Positions 13,068 to 39,515 of a stretch of 64,000 nt of DNA are shown in pieces; position 1 is the first letter of the stretch; each line of letters starts with the position of its first letter. The notes under the pieces were generated by a model that was given only the letters and a program-made list of their open reading frames with translations, did not search any database and was not told the DNA's origin. Source of the stretch: Laetmonice hystrix. Taxonomy: Eukaryota. Made by a program: the position numbers and the translations under genes. The stretch is taken from positions 15,254,001 through 15,318,000 of the forward strand of contig OZ249436.1 of assembly GCA_965235115.1 (NCBI GenBank). The letters are read 5' to 3'.

Positions 13068-14759
13068 CTTGCTCATGTCATGGTTACTGTAAGTAAAGTT
13101 AGTGACAGTATGAAGGTAAGGAATTTTATGTATGGTGTACTGGATGGGAACAAATCAGACAAAATGACAGATTTTGTGATGTAGATTGTTATTGGTAATT
13201 CAGTCGTTTGCGTTTAGGGGATAAACACAACATGCTCATAAACAGTCACTTTAAGAACCTTTTTCTTTTTACTTTTATGTGTATTAAAGCTTTAGTGTTT
13301 TAATATTAGGTCAACAAATATTTTGTTTTGACTGAACTGTTATCACCTATGGCTAATTTTTAAAGTACTTTAATGCTATGCTACGCAAATGTTGATTAAA
13401 AGGTCAGGGTAAATGATCTAATCTTAAAAATTCTATGTCTAATGCAACCACAATTGTACCCTGTTACCAGTCATGAAGAGGACATGCCTGGAATTTCCAG
13501 CTACATGTATTTTGCCATTCATCCGTACATGTGTACATACAATGTCTGAATCAAAAATGTTGTACATCAGTAAAATCATACTCTGGTTAATATTTGGCAA
13601 TGCACTACTGATATTGTTTAATGTAGTGTATTCACTAAGGTAAAACTAAAGACTGCAATGTGCTGTAGTGTGTCACCACAGTTTGGAGGGGAGCAGTTGC
13701 AGACGTTCCGTTAGCAAGTTTCATCTTGGCTGTCTAACTGATACAAGCCTACATGATGCCGACTGACAGTCACAAGCAAGTCAGTCATGTCAGATTTTAC
13801 CATGAGCATTACTGGTATATGAAGGATTTAAAAATGTAGTAACATGTCTGCAGGCCATGTGGTAATTTCAAAAATGAGCCTTTGTTAAAGTACGTTTCAG
13901 CAGCAAATGACATGACTATAAGTTAGTATTGTGGAAGTGTAAGAAGAAAAGGCTATGTGTGCAAGGTAACTAGCCTAGAAGAGAAACGTCTTATATTGTA
14001 TACAAATATTTCCTCTTTCCTTACGTTCTTTTCCTATTCTGTTTCATGGAGTTATATTTGCAAAACTCCAGGGTAGTTTGTTCAGGCATGTTATAAGTGT
14101 GAACTGCCTGGCCGGTGCTGATCAAAAGGATCACAAAATGTCTAACGTCTGCATCTGTATGATGGGGCTGTATGATTGGATGACAAGAATTAACAAAATG
14201 TATACATGTCATTTGTTAAAATGATTAACAACCGTGAAGAATTGTAACAAGAGAACTGCCAAAGTGGCCTGGCTGCCCAGTAACTATGGATTCGTTTGAC
14301 TGGTTCAGCAAACATCCTGAGAATTACTGAGACTGTAGTTTGGGTTAGTATTATGGTGGTTTTATTTTTGGAGAAGGTGTAGTTGTACTGATTTAATTTT
14401 ATAAAGATTATGAATGAATTTTAAATTACCAATGGTAGTATGAATTTCAACTCGCATGGAAATTGATCCCCTCAAATATAATTGAAACTATGGTAAATGC
14501 CAATATCTATGTACATACACGTTCAATTAACTGATAACAGACCAGTAATAGGCTTACACGGAAGGCCCAAGCAACCAGGAACTTGACCAGGGAGATTGTG
14601 TAAAAGTATTGTTTAAAATTTTCTGTTTTCCGCCAGCATTATCAAATTAGTGTCGCTGTGGTGCATTATGGGTGTAGGAGTTCTTGAAAATAGATCTTGG
14701 GAATCTTATTTTCCAACATCCTGTCTGACGTGGGGGTCTTGGAAAAAGGTTTGAAGCAG

Positions 14760-15280
14760 CATCATGGATCTTCTGGGAATATTTGGTTCGGCGATCACAG
14801 TGGATAACTCTATGGACCCTGGTACAAAAAGGTTCTACAAAACTTCCTGCGATGTGGCATTAGACCAAGTCACACAGGAGCAGATACAGGGTCAGAAATG
14901 TTGGGGGGAAAATGAATACTGGTAGCAATTTTTTTGCTACACAAAACCAATTTTGTATAGCAGTACCCCAGTTCACTTTTGACACTTAATGCCTTGTATG
15001 CACGTCAGCTGTCTGGCTGCATACTCTGATTAAGGAACGAGATATTAAACACAGATAAAGGGCTTTGAATGACTGTGTGGAAGGGGTTTCTATGTGCTTC
15101 AAATTTTGTAGCCACACAAAGGTAGGACTGCATCGCAGAGGTTGTAGACCACAAGAGATTATCTGTTCACAGTTATACTAATTCAAAGGCTAACAACAAG
15201 GAAAAGACACTATATTGTCGGTTTTGTGATACAAGTTGCATTGTAAGCATGCCACCCTGCTTCTTGCAGTATTTGATGCA
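14760..15280 (+). pseudogene. Possible decayed piggyBac-type transposase fragment
   Basis: Broken-frame motifs WYKKVLQNFL/DVAL (about 14820-14865) and TLYCRFCD..VAL..PCFLQY (about 15205-15275) resemble the piggyBac C-terminal region and Cys-rich domain. Confidence 0.35.
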
Positions 15281-15420
15281 TCAAATGTAAGATGTTTTCT
15301 GCAGCACGTGTCATCACACTGTCAACTGTTGTGGCATGTGATAACGTTTCTGTTAGAAGGCACATGGCTCTTGTACTGAAAAAAACGTCTGAGCTAAATG
15401 GGGTCTTCAGAGCAGCAACC

Positions 15421-15960
15421 TGTTTTTAGCCCCCAAACCAAAGGGGTGGAGGGCTTCTAATCTGACTTCCTTCCTTACGTCTGTACGTCCGTAGACAACG
15501 ATTTCTCAGAAGTGTATAGGTCAAATTGTATGAAACTTTACAAAATGATCTGGAATGGTCTGAGGATGATGCACGTCAAATAGATTTTTGGTATCATTCA
15601 AAATAGCTGCTTGATAGCCATCGTGGATGGAAACACAAAACCGTGATTTCTTTTAAAATTCATGCAAAGAAGAGGCGTATGAAGGACAGTAAGCTTGCCA
15701 ATGTATTCTCAGTTCAGAGCTAATATGGAGACATGGCGGCCATATTTGTTTTTTGACCCCCAAAATAACAGTTTTGACTCATTATCTCGAAAGGGGTACA
15801 GGATAACGCAATAGTTACTCATATTGACTGATAGGAAGTCATGAACTTTCATTTGGCACCATGTTCCATGACCTTGTGTGACCGTGAAAGGTCAATCAAG
15901 GTCATGTATATTTTCAATTGCCTGTAACTACAAAACAGTTGAAGATAACCACATAATCCA
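15421..15960 (+). mobile_element. Dispersed repeat, possibly Helentron/DINE-1-like non-autonomous element
   Basis: Starts TTTTTAGCCCCC followed by a TCC/GTCC micro-repeat; 15720-15950 matches 38585-38820 (GACCTTG...AAAGGTCAATCAAGGTCA core); related sequence at 23200-23530. Confidence 0.5.
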
Positions 15961-17735
15961 ATTTGGACAAGTTGTACCCCCCCCCCCCCCCCCCCCTACA
16001 TATGAATTATGAGATCTCAACGGATTTGCACCAATCCCAGAGGGGTAACTATTTGATATAAAAAAAGCCGAAAATCCGGCAAAACCCGGAAAAATCACAG
16101 GCCTGATAAAGAGCGAACAAACTTCTGTAGCAGAGATCTGAGCGTTATGATTAATATGCAACTGCAAACCAGTTTATATGTGCTATAGAAGCTCAGTTTG
16201 AACCGTCAGGTTTAATGGCTGACTTGTATGCAAAATGTAAATTATTTAATAATTTATAGAAAAAACCTTTGGAGTCTGGTTACGGTCAAAGTATTCAAGA
16301 AAGGAGGGGAACAGTAAATGAACTGTTCAGAGAAAGCCCCCTAATATGCAACTTGTTTTCTTTCTATTTGTGTATATTAGTACTAAAATGCGGCAATACA
16401 TAAGTTTTTTTAAAACAAAGTGGCCCTGTTTGTTAAAGTTCTGTGTTTGTTTCCATATTCATTCTTCCTTATCAAATGAAACCGAATTAACCCTGTAAAT
16501 TTTCATGGTCGTAGTACAAGTGGTTATAGACGTATGTCTGTTTTTCTTTACGTGTAATTTATGTTCTTATTGATCATTTGGGAAAGTTTAACATTAAAGT
16601 TGTTTGGGTTGAAGCTTTAGGTGGAACGCAGTTTTGTAAAGGCTGTAACATGTGAACACAACTGCGAATTAAGTTTTTTTCAGAATTTCATTTAAAATTA
16701 CCTTCAGAGCATGTGTCATGAATAGTGCTCAAATGTATATACAAACAAAGGAAAATCCTAATGTATATAAATGCATGAAATATCTACGATAAAAAAGGGC
16801 CAATACTGGGTTTGTATCGTTGCATTGTTCAGATTTTGTCGTTACATTGTTAACAAAATGACTGGATAAACCAGAGGTTTGAAACTTGCCAGCAAACATA
16901 TCAAAGTGCCTGGCAAACAGTTAAGCTTAGATTATGGCTAGTCAAAAACAAAAACAAAAAACTGTGCATATCATCCCCATAGAGCAAACGTGCATCGTTT
17001 CAAAATTTCACTGGCTTTCTTTGTTGTGACTTCTGAATATTATTGGGAAATGAAAATCATAGTATTTTGATGTGCATTAAACTTGATATCTTTGAACCTC
17101 TATGGATGGATGTCAGTAAACTAACACAGAACATTACCCGGTACTGATGAGGTTGCAATGGGTGCAATGGACCTTGAAAGTTACGATTATGTGGTAATTA
17201 TGTGCCTAATTATAGTGGTAAATAGAAGGTCCAGTTTTAGTGGCATTTCTCAGACACAATTATCGTTGTTCAGATTAACTGGCTAAAAACATAGCATCAG
17301 TTGGAATGGTGGCGTTACAGATGGAAGCGATAGTTTAAAAGCAGCAAAACGATATTTTTCTTGTGAATGGATCTGTAAACCGTTGATAAAAAAAAACATG
17401 TCAGCAGTCTTTTTGTGGTGAGAGGCCAGCTGCCCCCCGCGCCCCCCCCCCCCCGACACACACACACTCACAATGTACAGCTCGGGATTGGACTGACAAA
17501 CCATAAATGTGGACAGTAAACTTCGTACATTGTATTACCTAAAGCCAGCACAGCTAAAGTTATCATGCACTGATCTGCCTTTGATGGAACATAATGCACG
17601 AGAGTCAGGTCGGGACTGTTAATGGTAGAGTCACGATCTGTAGGCCGGGACCTTCGGAAGCGGTGTCTGTGTCACCGGTGTCGGCAATGTTAGGTACTTG
17701 AAAGGGTGCCTGGTGCACTGCGCGCCATTCTTACA

Positions 17736-18175
17736 TTAGGTGTGGGTGTTGATATCAACGTCACGGTGCCATGGTCGTATCCATACGTTAGGTGTGGGTG
17801 TTGATATCAACGTCATGGTGCCATGGTCGTATCCATACGTTAGGTGTGGGTGTTGATATCAACGTCATGGTGCCATGGTCGTATCCATACGTTAGGTGTG
17901 GGTGTTGATATCAACGTCATGGTGCCATGGTCGTATCCATACGTTAGGTGTGGGTGTTGATATCAACGTCATGGTGGTCGTATCCATACCTTAGGTGTGG
18001 GTGTTGATACCAACATCATGGTGGTCCTATCCATACATTAGGTGTGGGTGTTGATATCAATGTCATGGTGGTCCTATCCATACATTAGGTGTGGGTGTTG
18101 ATATCAATGTCATGGTGGTCCTATCCATACATTAGGTGTGGGTGTTGATATCAACGTCATGGTGGTCGTATTCAT
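17736..18175. repeat. Minisatellite: 4 x 52 bp, then 4 x 47 bp, plus a partial unit
   Basis: Units start at 17736, 17788, 17840, 17892, 17944, 17991, 18038, 18085, 18132; consensus TTAGGTGTGGGTGTTGATATCAACGTCATGGTG(CCATG)GTCGTATCCATACG. Confidence 0.95.
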
Positions 18176-18760
18176 TGTATGTATGTATATGAAGAGGTTG
18201 GTTGGTGATAACCCAGATAAACCTTTGTAAATAGATGCTCACACATGAAAAATCTGTACATAAATGCACAGGACTGTACTTTTCAAAGTCATATGCCAAA
18301 AGTACTTGAGTGAACGTACTCACTGCTTTTGTATTACTGTTGGAGTCCCCATGTTTTCTCAACGACATGGGCGCTTGCTGTTCAGGATAGGCTCTCATGC
18401 CAGCAAGTGTCTGAGGGATTGGTACATCCTATCAACTATATGTAAATGTCATTCGAATATAATATTAAAAGGTATGGAAATCCTAAGCAGCAACGTTGTT
18501 CGTCTTGTTTTTACTGGTAGATTATTGTTTGAGTAGGCATTGTGTGTATGGAAACGGTCAGAAATTTGGGGGGAGGGTGATTTTTTGTAAGTCACCTCAT
18601 CAGGTTACTAAGAAATCCCTCGACCCCGTTGCCCTGCAAATGTTAGAAAATGAATGTCTGATATTCACATGACTACCTACCATCATCGGAGAAATGTGTT
18701 ATAGGAGGAATTAGTGTTTGAAAGGATACCCTCCAACACTTCTTGGAGGCCATACACCTG

Positions 18761-19209
18761 TTAAAGGGATGGAAAACACCTACGGCAAATAAGATTTCGT
18801 AGACCTGATGAAACACCAGCATTTACCTCAGGGCAATAAATGCCACAATTACGTTGTCTGAAAGAAGTAATTAACGTGTAAACGCCCGATATATGACGCC
18901 GCTGGTTCTGCTTGTGTGTTCATTACCTCGGACGTTTACAAACGTTGGGACTCCAAACATCGTGTAGACAAGGTCTGTGAGCAGAGTAACACGTAATGTT
19001 ACGCAATACGCCGCGGTGTGCAGCATTCGGCTCCGATGAACATACATGAAGGTCAAGGTCAGAACCAGCGGCGTCATACATCGGGCGGTTACACGTTAAT
19101 TACTTCATTAAGATAACGCAATTGTGGCATTTATTGCCCTGAGGTAAATGCTGGTGTTTCATTTGGTCTACGAAACCTTATTTGCCGTGGGTGTTGTCCC
19201 TGCCTTTAA
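18761..19209. mobile_element. Kolobok/T2-type MITE with long TIRs
   Basis: TTAA-AGG...CCT-TTAA ends; arms of about 145 bp (18765-18910 vs 19060-19205) are near-perfect inverted repeats. Confidence 0.85.
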
Positions 19210-20502
19210 GGATTGCCAAGACAAAGAAGATCGTTCCATATTTTCAACTGAAAAACATGACTCAAAAGAACATTGTAATTCTTTACTGTTATAAAAATAT
19301 ACAACATACCGTTTGTACTGCTTGAACAGCCCTCATTAATGAATAGGCTTATGGATGTATAAACATTCCAAACCTGTGCTTATTTAAAACTGTTAATAAA
19401 AATACTATTTCAGAATTGGACGAGTGCTGGCATTGTAGTGACACTCCCGTCTCCATATCTTTGTAATATCACAGAATCCATTTAGTTCAATCACACCTAT
19501 CTTGTGCCTGTAATGATATGTTGGAAGTTACCATCTGATCAGTGATCACTTGAGATCACAACCTATCAAATCCGTGCCACTATAGATCTCAGTGAACCAG
19601 GAGTATTGAAGGAATTTTTAGCAACAACGTACTGGCATACTGTATCCGTAGCCTGACTGATTACGACAAAGTAATTGGCAGAACTGTATAGTTATCCTGA
19701 CTAACGGTAACAATATATTAAAGATAATTCTTCAAGACACTTATTTCATAAAAGATGGCAAGAGCTGCATGATAAATTAACCACATTGATAACGTTTGGC
19801 AACGACACACCTGGTAACAATTGGACAACATAATACAAAGTTACGCCATGGTTTTTGGTGTTTCTTAAAACTCATTTAAATATTTGCAGGCCTGTTTATG
19901 CAGGTATTATACGTTTCTAAATGCTATCAAATATGGCGATTTTCAAGCTATCCTAGAATCATCTTGGTACTTTGGTTCCACAGGGCTAACAGGTATGCAA
20001 TCTTCATATCACAAATACATAGATCAGTGGACAAGTAGGCAGCTAGCGAATTTGGCAACCCCCCCCCCCCCCCAAAAAAAAAAAAAAAAAAAAAAAACCT
20101 TTAAACAAAATAAAACATTTTAAACACATTTTAAAAGTTTAAATCAAATTCCTTAACAATGTGAAGTTGTGTTTTTCAACATAAGATTTTGAGCAAAAAC
20201 CAAGCCTTTTGTTCAATGCCTTGGGAATATGGCATGATTTCAATTAGAAAATGGAATGCTTATATTCTGTACACAACGTCACAAGTACAGCCTGAACTAT
20301 CTTCAGCAGTTCCTTTATCACAATTGCAATACACGCGTATTTTGAACACCTCAGATACCAATAACCGTTAATAATTGTAATCACACACCTTGGACATTTT
20401 TTTAAACATTTCTACATTATTTAAATGTATTACTTCAGTCCGTCCCATTTAATCAAGATAGCAGCAAAATGCACCAAAGAAAGTTAAATCCAGTTGATAA
20501 TT

Positions 20503-21015
20503 ACCGTAATCTTCCGTATACAAGCCACAGCCATGTATAAGTCGCAGGCAGTTTTGGAAGCAAAAGTCATAGGGAAAAAAAATTAATGTTTTTGACGCCA
20601 GTTACAGCAAAGTTGGGCCCCAACTGTCAGTCAACCCTATGAAACATGCCAAGACGTGTATCAGCTAGCTGCTTCCCCAGCCTGGCCATAGTGTGAAAGG
20701 TCACTGTCTAGACGCCAGTGTCACCATCACCTCTTATTGTTAATCCGGCTGTTGCTTTTCTTGAGCATTGAAAACAATAGGACACACCTATGTTTTTTGA
20801 ATCCATCATATTGATTTGACACATAAAACAATGGGTGTTTAATGGAACACCACAGCTTTTGGTATATAGCAGGCCAGTTCCCACTGGGAACCTAGGAATA
20901 ATATCCTGAACTAACTTATAGGCTGTCCTCAAACACGTGGCGATCTATACGTTGCACCCCCAATTTATGAGTATTTTGAGGAGGAAAAAAGTGTGGCTTG
21001 TACATGGAAGACCCA
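20503..21015. mobile_element. Degenerate Tc1/pogo-type MITE
   Basis: TA-CCGTAATCTTCCGTATACAAGCCAC at left, imperfect inverse GTGGCTTGTACATGGAAGA at right. Confidence 0.5.
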
Positions 21016-21464
21016 TATACCCATTTGACACAACCTCGATTTTTCACTTTTCGGCCAGAGGTAATCGCTTAGCATATCATTTCATTAAGGGTTTCTTGAC
21101 ACCATGAGAGTGAGGAAAACAAGGGAAGACAAGGCTTTCTTCATTCCTTTGGGTGTTGACACAAAGCTGCCATGTGACAAAGTTCATACAAGCCATTGTC
21201 AATGTTGCCTTTGCCTGTTGGATCGTGACCTTAGACTATGTCTAGCGTAACATGATTGTCGATGCCTCTCACGCACTTGTTACATTCTCAGCAAGATAAA
21301 CTGCTGGTTATAAAAGTAATGTGTTCAGCAGTTTTTTAAATACCTTAGTACCATACCTTCCGAAGCCTAAATTATTGTTAATTTTAATGCCTGCTTTAGA
21401 CAGTATTATAAGTTTTTTAACTTAGAAAACCTCTTTGCTGTATGTAAAATATCAATATGAATTA

Positions 21465-24400
21465 TTATTTGGTAGTCTTCTTGACAATAAGTGGTCCAAC
21501 ATTGTCCCCTGTGTCCTCATTGTGCTTGTTGTGTGATCCGTCACAGTATGGGAACTGAAAAATAATGTGCCACATAAAACTTAATTTATTTCACAAAACA
21601 GAGATCTATATAATGATGTCATATTTTTCATTGATTTCCTAATGATGAAAGGAGCATGCAGTAATTTTTAAAATTAATCATGCCGATCTTTAAAATTATG
21701 CAAATTTGCTAATTTGGCAATAAATCTTGTAACACCAGGGAGAAACCACGGGAGTGAAGGGGGGGAATACCAGTTAAAGGTAAACTCTATTGAATTCGGT
21801 TTTCGCGTCGGATGCAGCGATGGCCCAATCATCACGTACCCGTTCTAAAAATAGAACGCTCCATTCCCCAACCTGCCACAACCCTCGGTACAGCGGTGAG
21901 CCCCCCAGGCGCTCGCTGTGGTGTGGCCTGTGCTTGCATAGGCCAGCAACACCGACATGTTCGTCCGCCTTACAATAATATTGTATACGTCAGTGTTGCC
22001 GGCCTATGCAAGCACAGACCACACCAGAGCAAGTGACTGGGGGGCTCACCGCTGTACCGAGGGCTGCGACAGGTCAGGGAACGGAGCGTTCTATTTTTAG
22101 AACGGGTATGTGATGATTGGGCCATCGCTGCAGTCCGACGCGGAAACCGAATTCAATAGAGTTTACCTTTAAAGAAAGAAAAATATGAGTGTTGCATTTA
22201 AAAAGAGATATTTAAGCACCACATCCTGTGCGATGCCTAGGCGAGGGGCAGTCATACATGTCATTACTGAGTGCAATCGGTGCTTATATTATCTACCAAC
22301 ATGACTCCACAAACCTTCTTGGACTTCCAACAGCGACAGAAAACCTTCTTCTCCCCTATGTCCTCTATGTCCTCTGTGTTGACTACCTTTGACTCATGCA
22401 TGCTCTGAGACTTGTTCACCCTTGCAGGTTCATATGTTTTAGGCTGTTTGCGGTCTGGTAAGACCAGATGCAACACTGAGAACAGCACTACCAAAAACCC
22501 TGTGATTAAGGGTAAAAGTTGAATCCACTGATCGCCTGCAATAACAAGAAATGAAATATTGGTAATTATGATGGGTGTAACATACCAGCCTATAAACAGT
22601 AATGTTCAATCTGAAATGATTATCTTCAAGTTGCACTGTCTACTACTATATACCTTACAATCTTGATATAGCCTAGCAGTAAAGGTTTAACACAATGAAG
22701 AGTGTACATGTAATATCCACACACAAAAATCTCCTAGAAAGCAACAATCAGAAAAGGAGTGTGTATACCCCAGAAAAGCCTCTTAAAGACCCCACATTCC
22801 TTTTCTTTTTTTGGTTGTTAGTAAAGGCAAATAAAAATTTGACTGAAAGACTCACTTCTCAGTTATATTAGCAAGCCAGCCAACATTTCACTCATAGTGG
22901 GTAAATTAAAGCTATGTCGTTCATTTGATTATTCTTTTAAAAACCCAAGCCTGTGTAGAAGTCTGGTCAGATCCCCCAACATGATACTGATTAATGGTAG
23001 TTTTAATATTTGATCCCTTCGTCTCCATCACCTGACTTGATTTTTAAGGTCAAGGTCAACAGTAAAGTTCTGAATTAATTGTTTATTAGGGCCTAAGACT
23101 CCCTAGTTACACATTTCAAGTCTATAGGCATGCCTATCATGTGGGATTGCTGAGTTTCAGACCTTTTTAAAGAGGTAATCTAAAGACAGGCTGTGACCTG
23201 ATTTGACCTTTCAAGGTCACCTAAGGTCGAAACTTAAGAAGCCAAATGACATGTCTTATATAACTTTCTATTCGTGTATAATAGTAACCTTATGCCTAAA
23301 TATGCATGGTTTCTTGAGATACAGATCAGAATAGCTTTGCTTAACGGAACAAATATGGCTGTCATTGGGCCAAATTTGGTTCAAACTGAAAATAAACAGA
23401 ACCATGCATTGCCCTGCATGACTCCTTTCTGTGCGTCTAATTTGACAGAAAGGGGTAGAATAAGTACCGAGATATGCCCTGAAATGCGATTTTTCCAATA
23501 TGGCTGACCAGCGGCCATATTGGAAGATATAAAAAAAATCCTCCGTGACTCACTTAGCAGTCACTTTGGGAAGTCCAAAAATGGCAATGACAAACTTCTA
23601 GTGGCCAGATTCCTATATCAATTGAAACGAATATATGAAATGGCGTCCAATTACCAAATAATTTAATATTGGCAGTGTATATTTAGCCGCCATTTGGCAT
23701 GGTCATGTTACCATTAAGCTTCAATCCTATTGGATAATGTTCTAAGGCTACAGCTTTAAGGCTAAATAGCCAACTGGGCTACCACGTATCCAATTACCAA
23801 CTAATTGACACCCAATTTGAGACATTTGACTTACGTTACAAGTCAAGTGTCAGTGCTACAGGCAGTGACTCTGACAGTGACACCGCAACTGTCTGTGGCG
23901 GTTTCTTTGCGACAGTGTAAAGGTGCTTTCACATGCATGCCGTGTGCGGCGTGCGTTTTTGTTAATAATGTAACCAATGAAAATCGCCGTACGCCGCAAA
24001 CCGGAGGCATGTGAACGGTTATATCAATTTTTAATTATTTTACATTGTTCTATTTTTGCAAAAACGCACGCCGCTTCTTTACTTTACTCTTTAGTCATTC
24101 ACTCTCACTAGTCTCAGTGTCACTCTCAGAGACTCTGTCAAGACTTAGTTAGTGTCAGTGTGTCAGATATGAACGAACCCGTGTGGACGTGTACCGTAAC
24201 TGAGTAACGTATAGTATGTAAAGCGAGCCACCCAACCCAACGTCATATCATTCGTCATTCCGATTAGGGCCACCCCGTCCCAAGTGACCAAGCCAAGGCA
24301 AGGTGAAGGCCAAGGGCCCCGCCCATGCAAGCCAAGCCCAAGCAGGCCCAATTAAGCCAAGGCTGGGCAAGGCTGGCCCAGCCCACTGCACTGGGACTGT

Positions 24401-24599
24401 GGCCAGTGTGGGAGTGGGGCAGGGGGTAACTTCCTCACACTGTTGACACATCAACTTCAATCAACACCAAGACCAATATATAGGACTAATATTAAAAAGT
24501 ACCTGTTAAATCCATAAACCCTGCAAAAGTTTTAGGCCATGGAACTGTTCTTAAATAATTTGGAAGGGAAACATGTAGAAAATAAGCAATCGCCTCCAT
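21465..24599 (-). CDS. CISD2: CDGSH iron-sulfur domain protein 2 (NAF-1/Miner1), 135 aa
   Basis: Exons 24599-24503 ([32 protein letters not shown]), 22535-22315 (TM segment, CRCWKSKK), 21554-21465 ([26 protein letters not shown]); 408 nt. Confidence 0.95.
21774..22172. mobile_element. Kolobok/T2-type MITE in CISD2 intron 2
   Basis: TTAA-AGGTAAACTCTATTGAATTCGG ... CCGAATTCAATAGAGTTTACCT-TTAA; inverted arms of about 130 bp. Confidence 0.88.
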
Positions 24600-25043
24600 C
24601 TTTGCCTGTGTTTCAGTACCAACAGGAAGTAACCTTGCGCAAATTCTCGCAATTTCCCGCAGTAAATGACGTCAGTAAAGAGTGGAACCTCAGCTCGTAA
24701 ATGAGGACCCCGTAGCGAGATCGCCATTATAATATCATTCCACGGCAATATAGTCCCCAATTAAACAAGTTCATTTCGCATATTTACCACACACATAGAG
24801 TTAATTTTTGAATTAAGCATTAACCCAATAAATATTTTTAGTGGTAAGGTTAAGTTTTACGCATATAGTCTTGTAAATAATCATTTTAACCCGGTAAAAT
24901 CATCCGCGACTGATCACTTCTACTTACCACATAGGTTTTTATTTCCGCCATCTTAGCAGTCGGGCGAAGGAGGAAATCATAGACATTTTAAACCGCTCCC
25001 AACCAGATATTCGCTTACCAACAGGTCTCAACTCTTCTCAAAA
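24600..25043. promoter_or_regulatory. Bidirectional promoter / 5'UTR region, CISD2 <-> UBE2D
   Basis: Divergent ATGs 444 bp apart; full CRE TGACGTCA (24667-24674), YY1-like CGCCATCTT (24946-24954), ETS-like AGGAAGT (about 24623). Confidence 0.7.

Positions 25044-39515
<14,472 letters not shown>

Noticed and set aside
15977..15997. Long poly-C/G homopolymers (also about 20059, 26963, 36616, 53066, 61028)
   Set aside because: Mostly internal to repeats and prone to length error; no evidence of function.
17736..18175. Repeat array with palindromic core resembling a CRISPR array
   Set aside because: Units are contiguous with no unique spacers, there are no cas genes, and the context is eukaryotic; it is a minisatellite.
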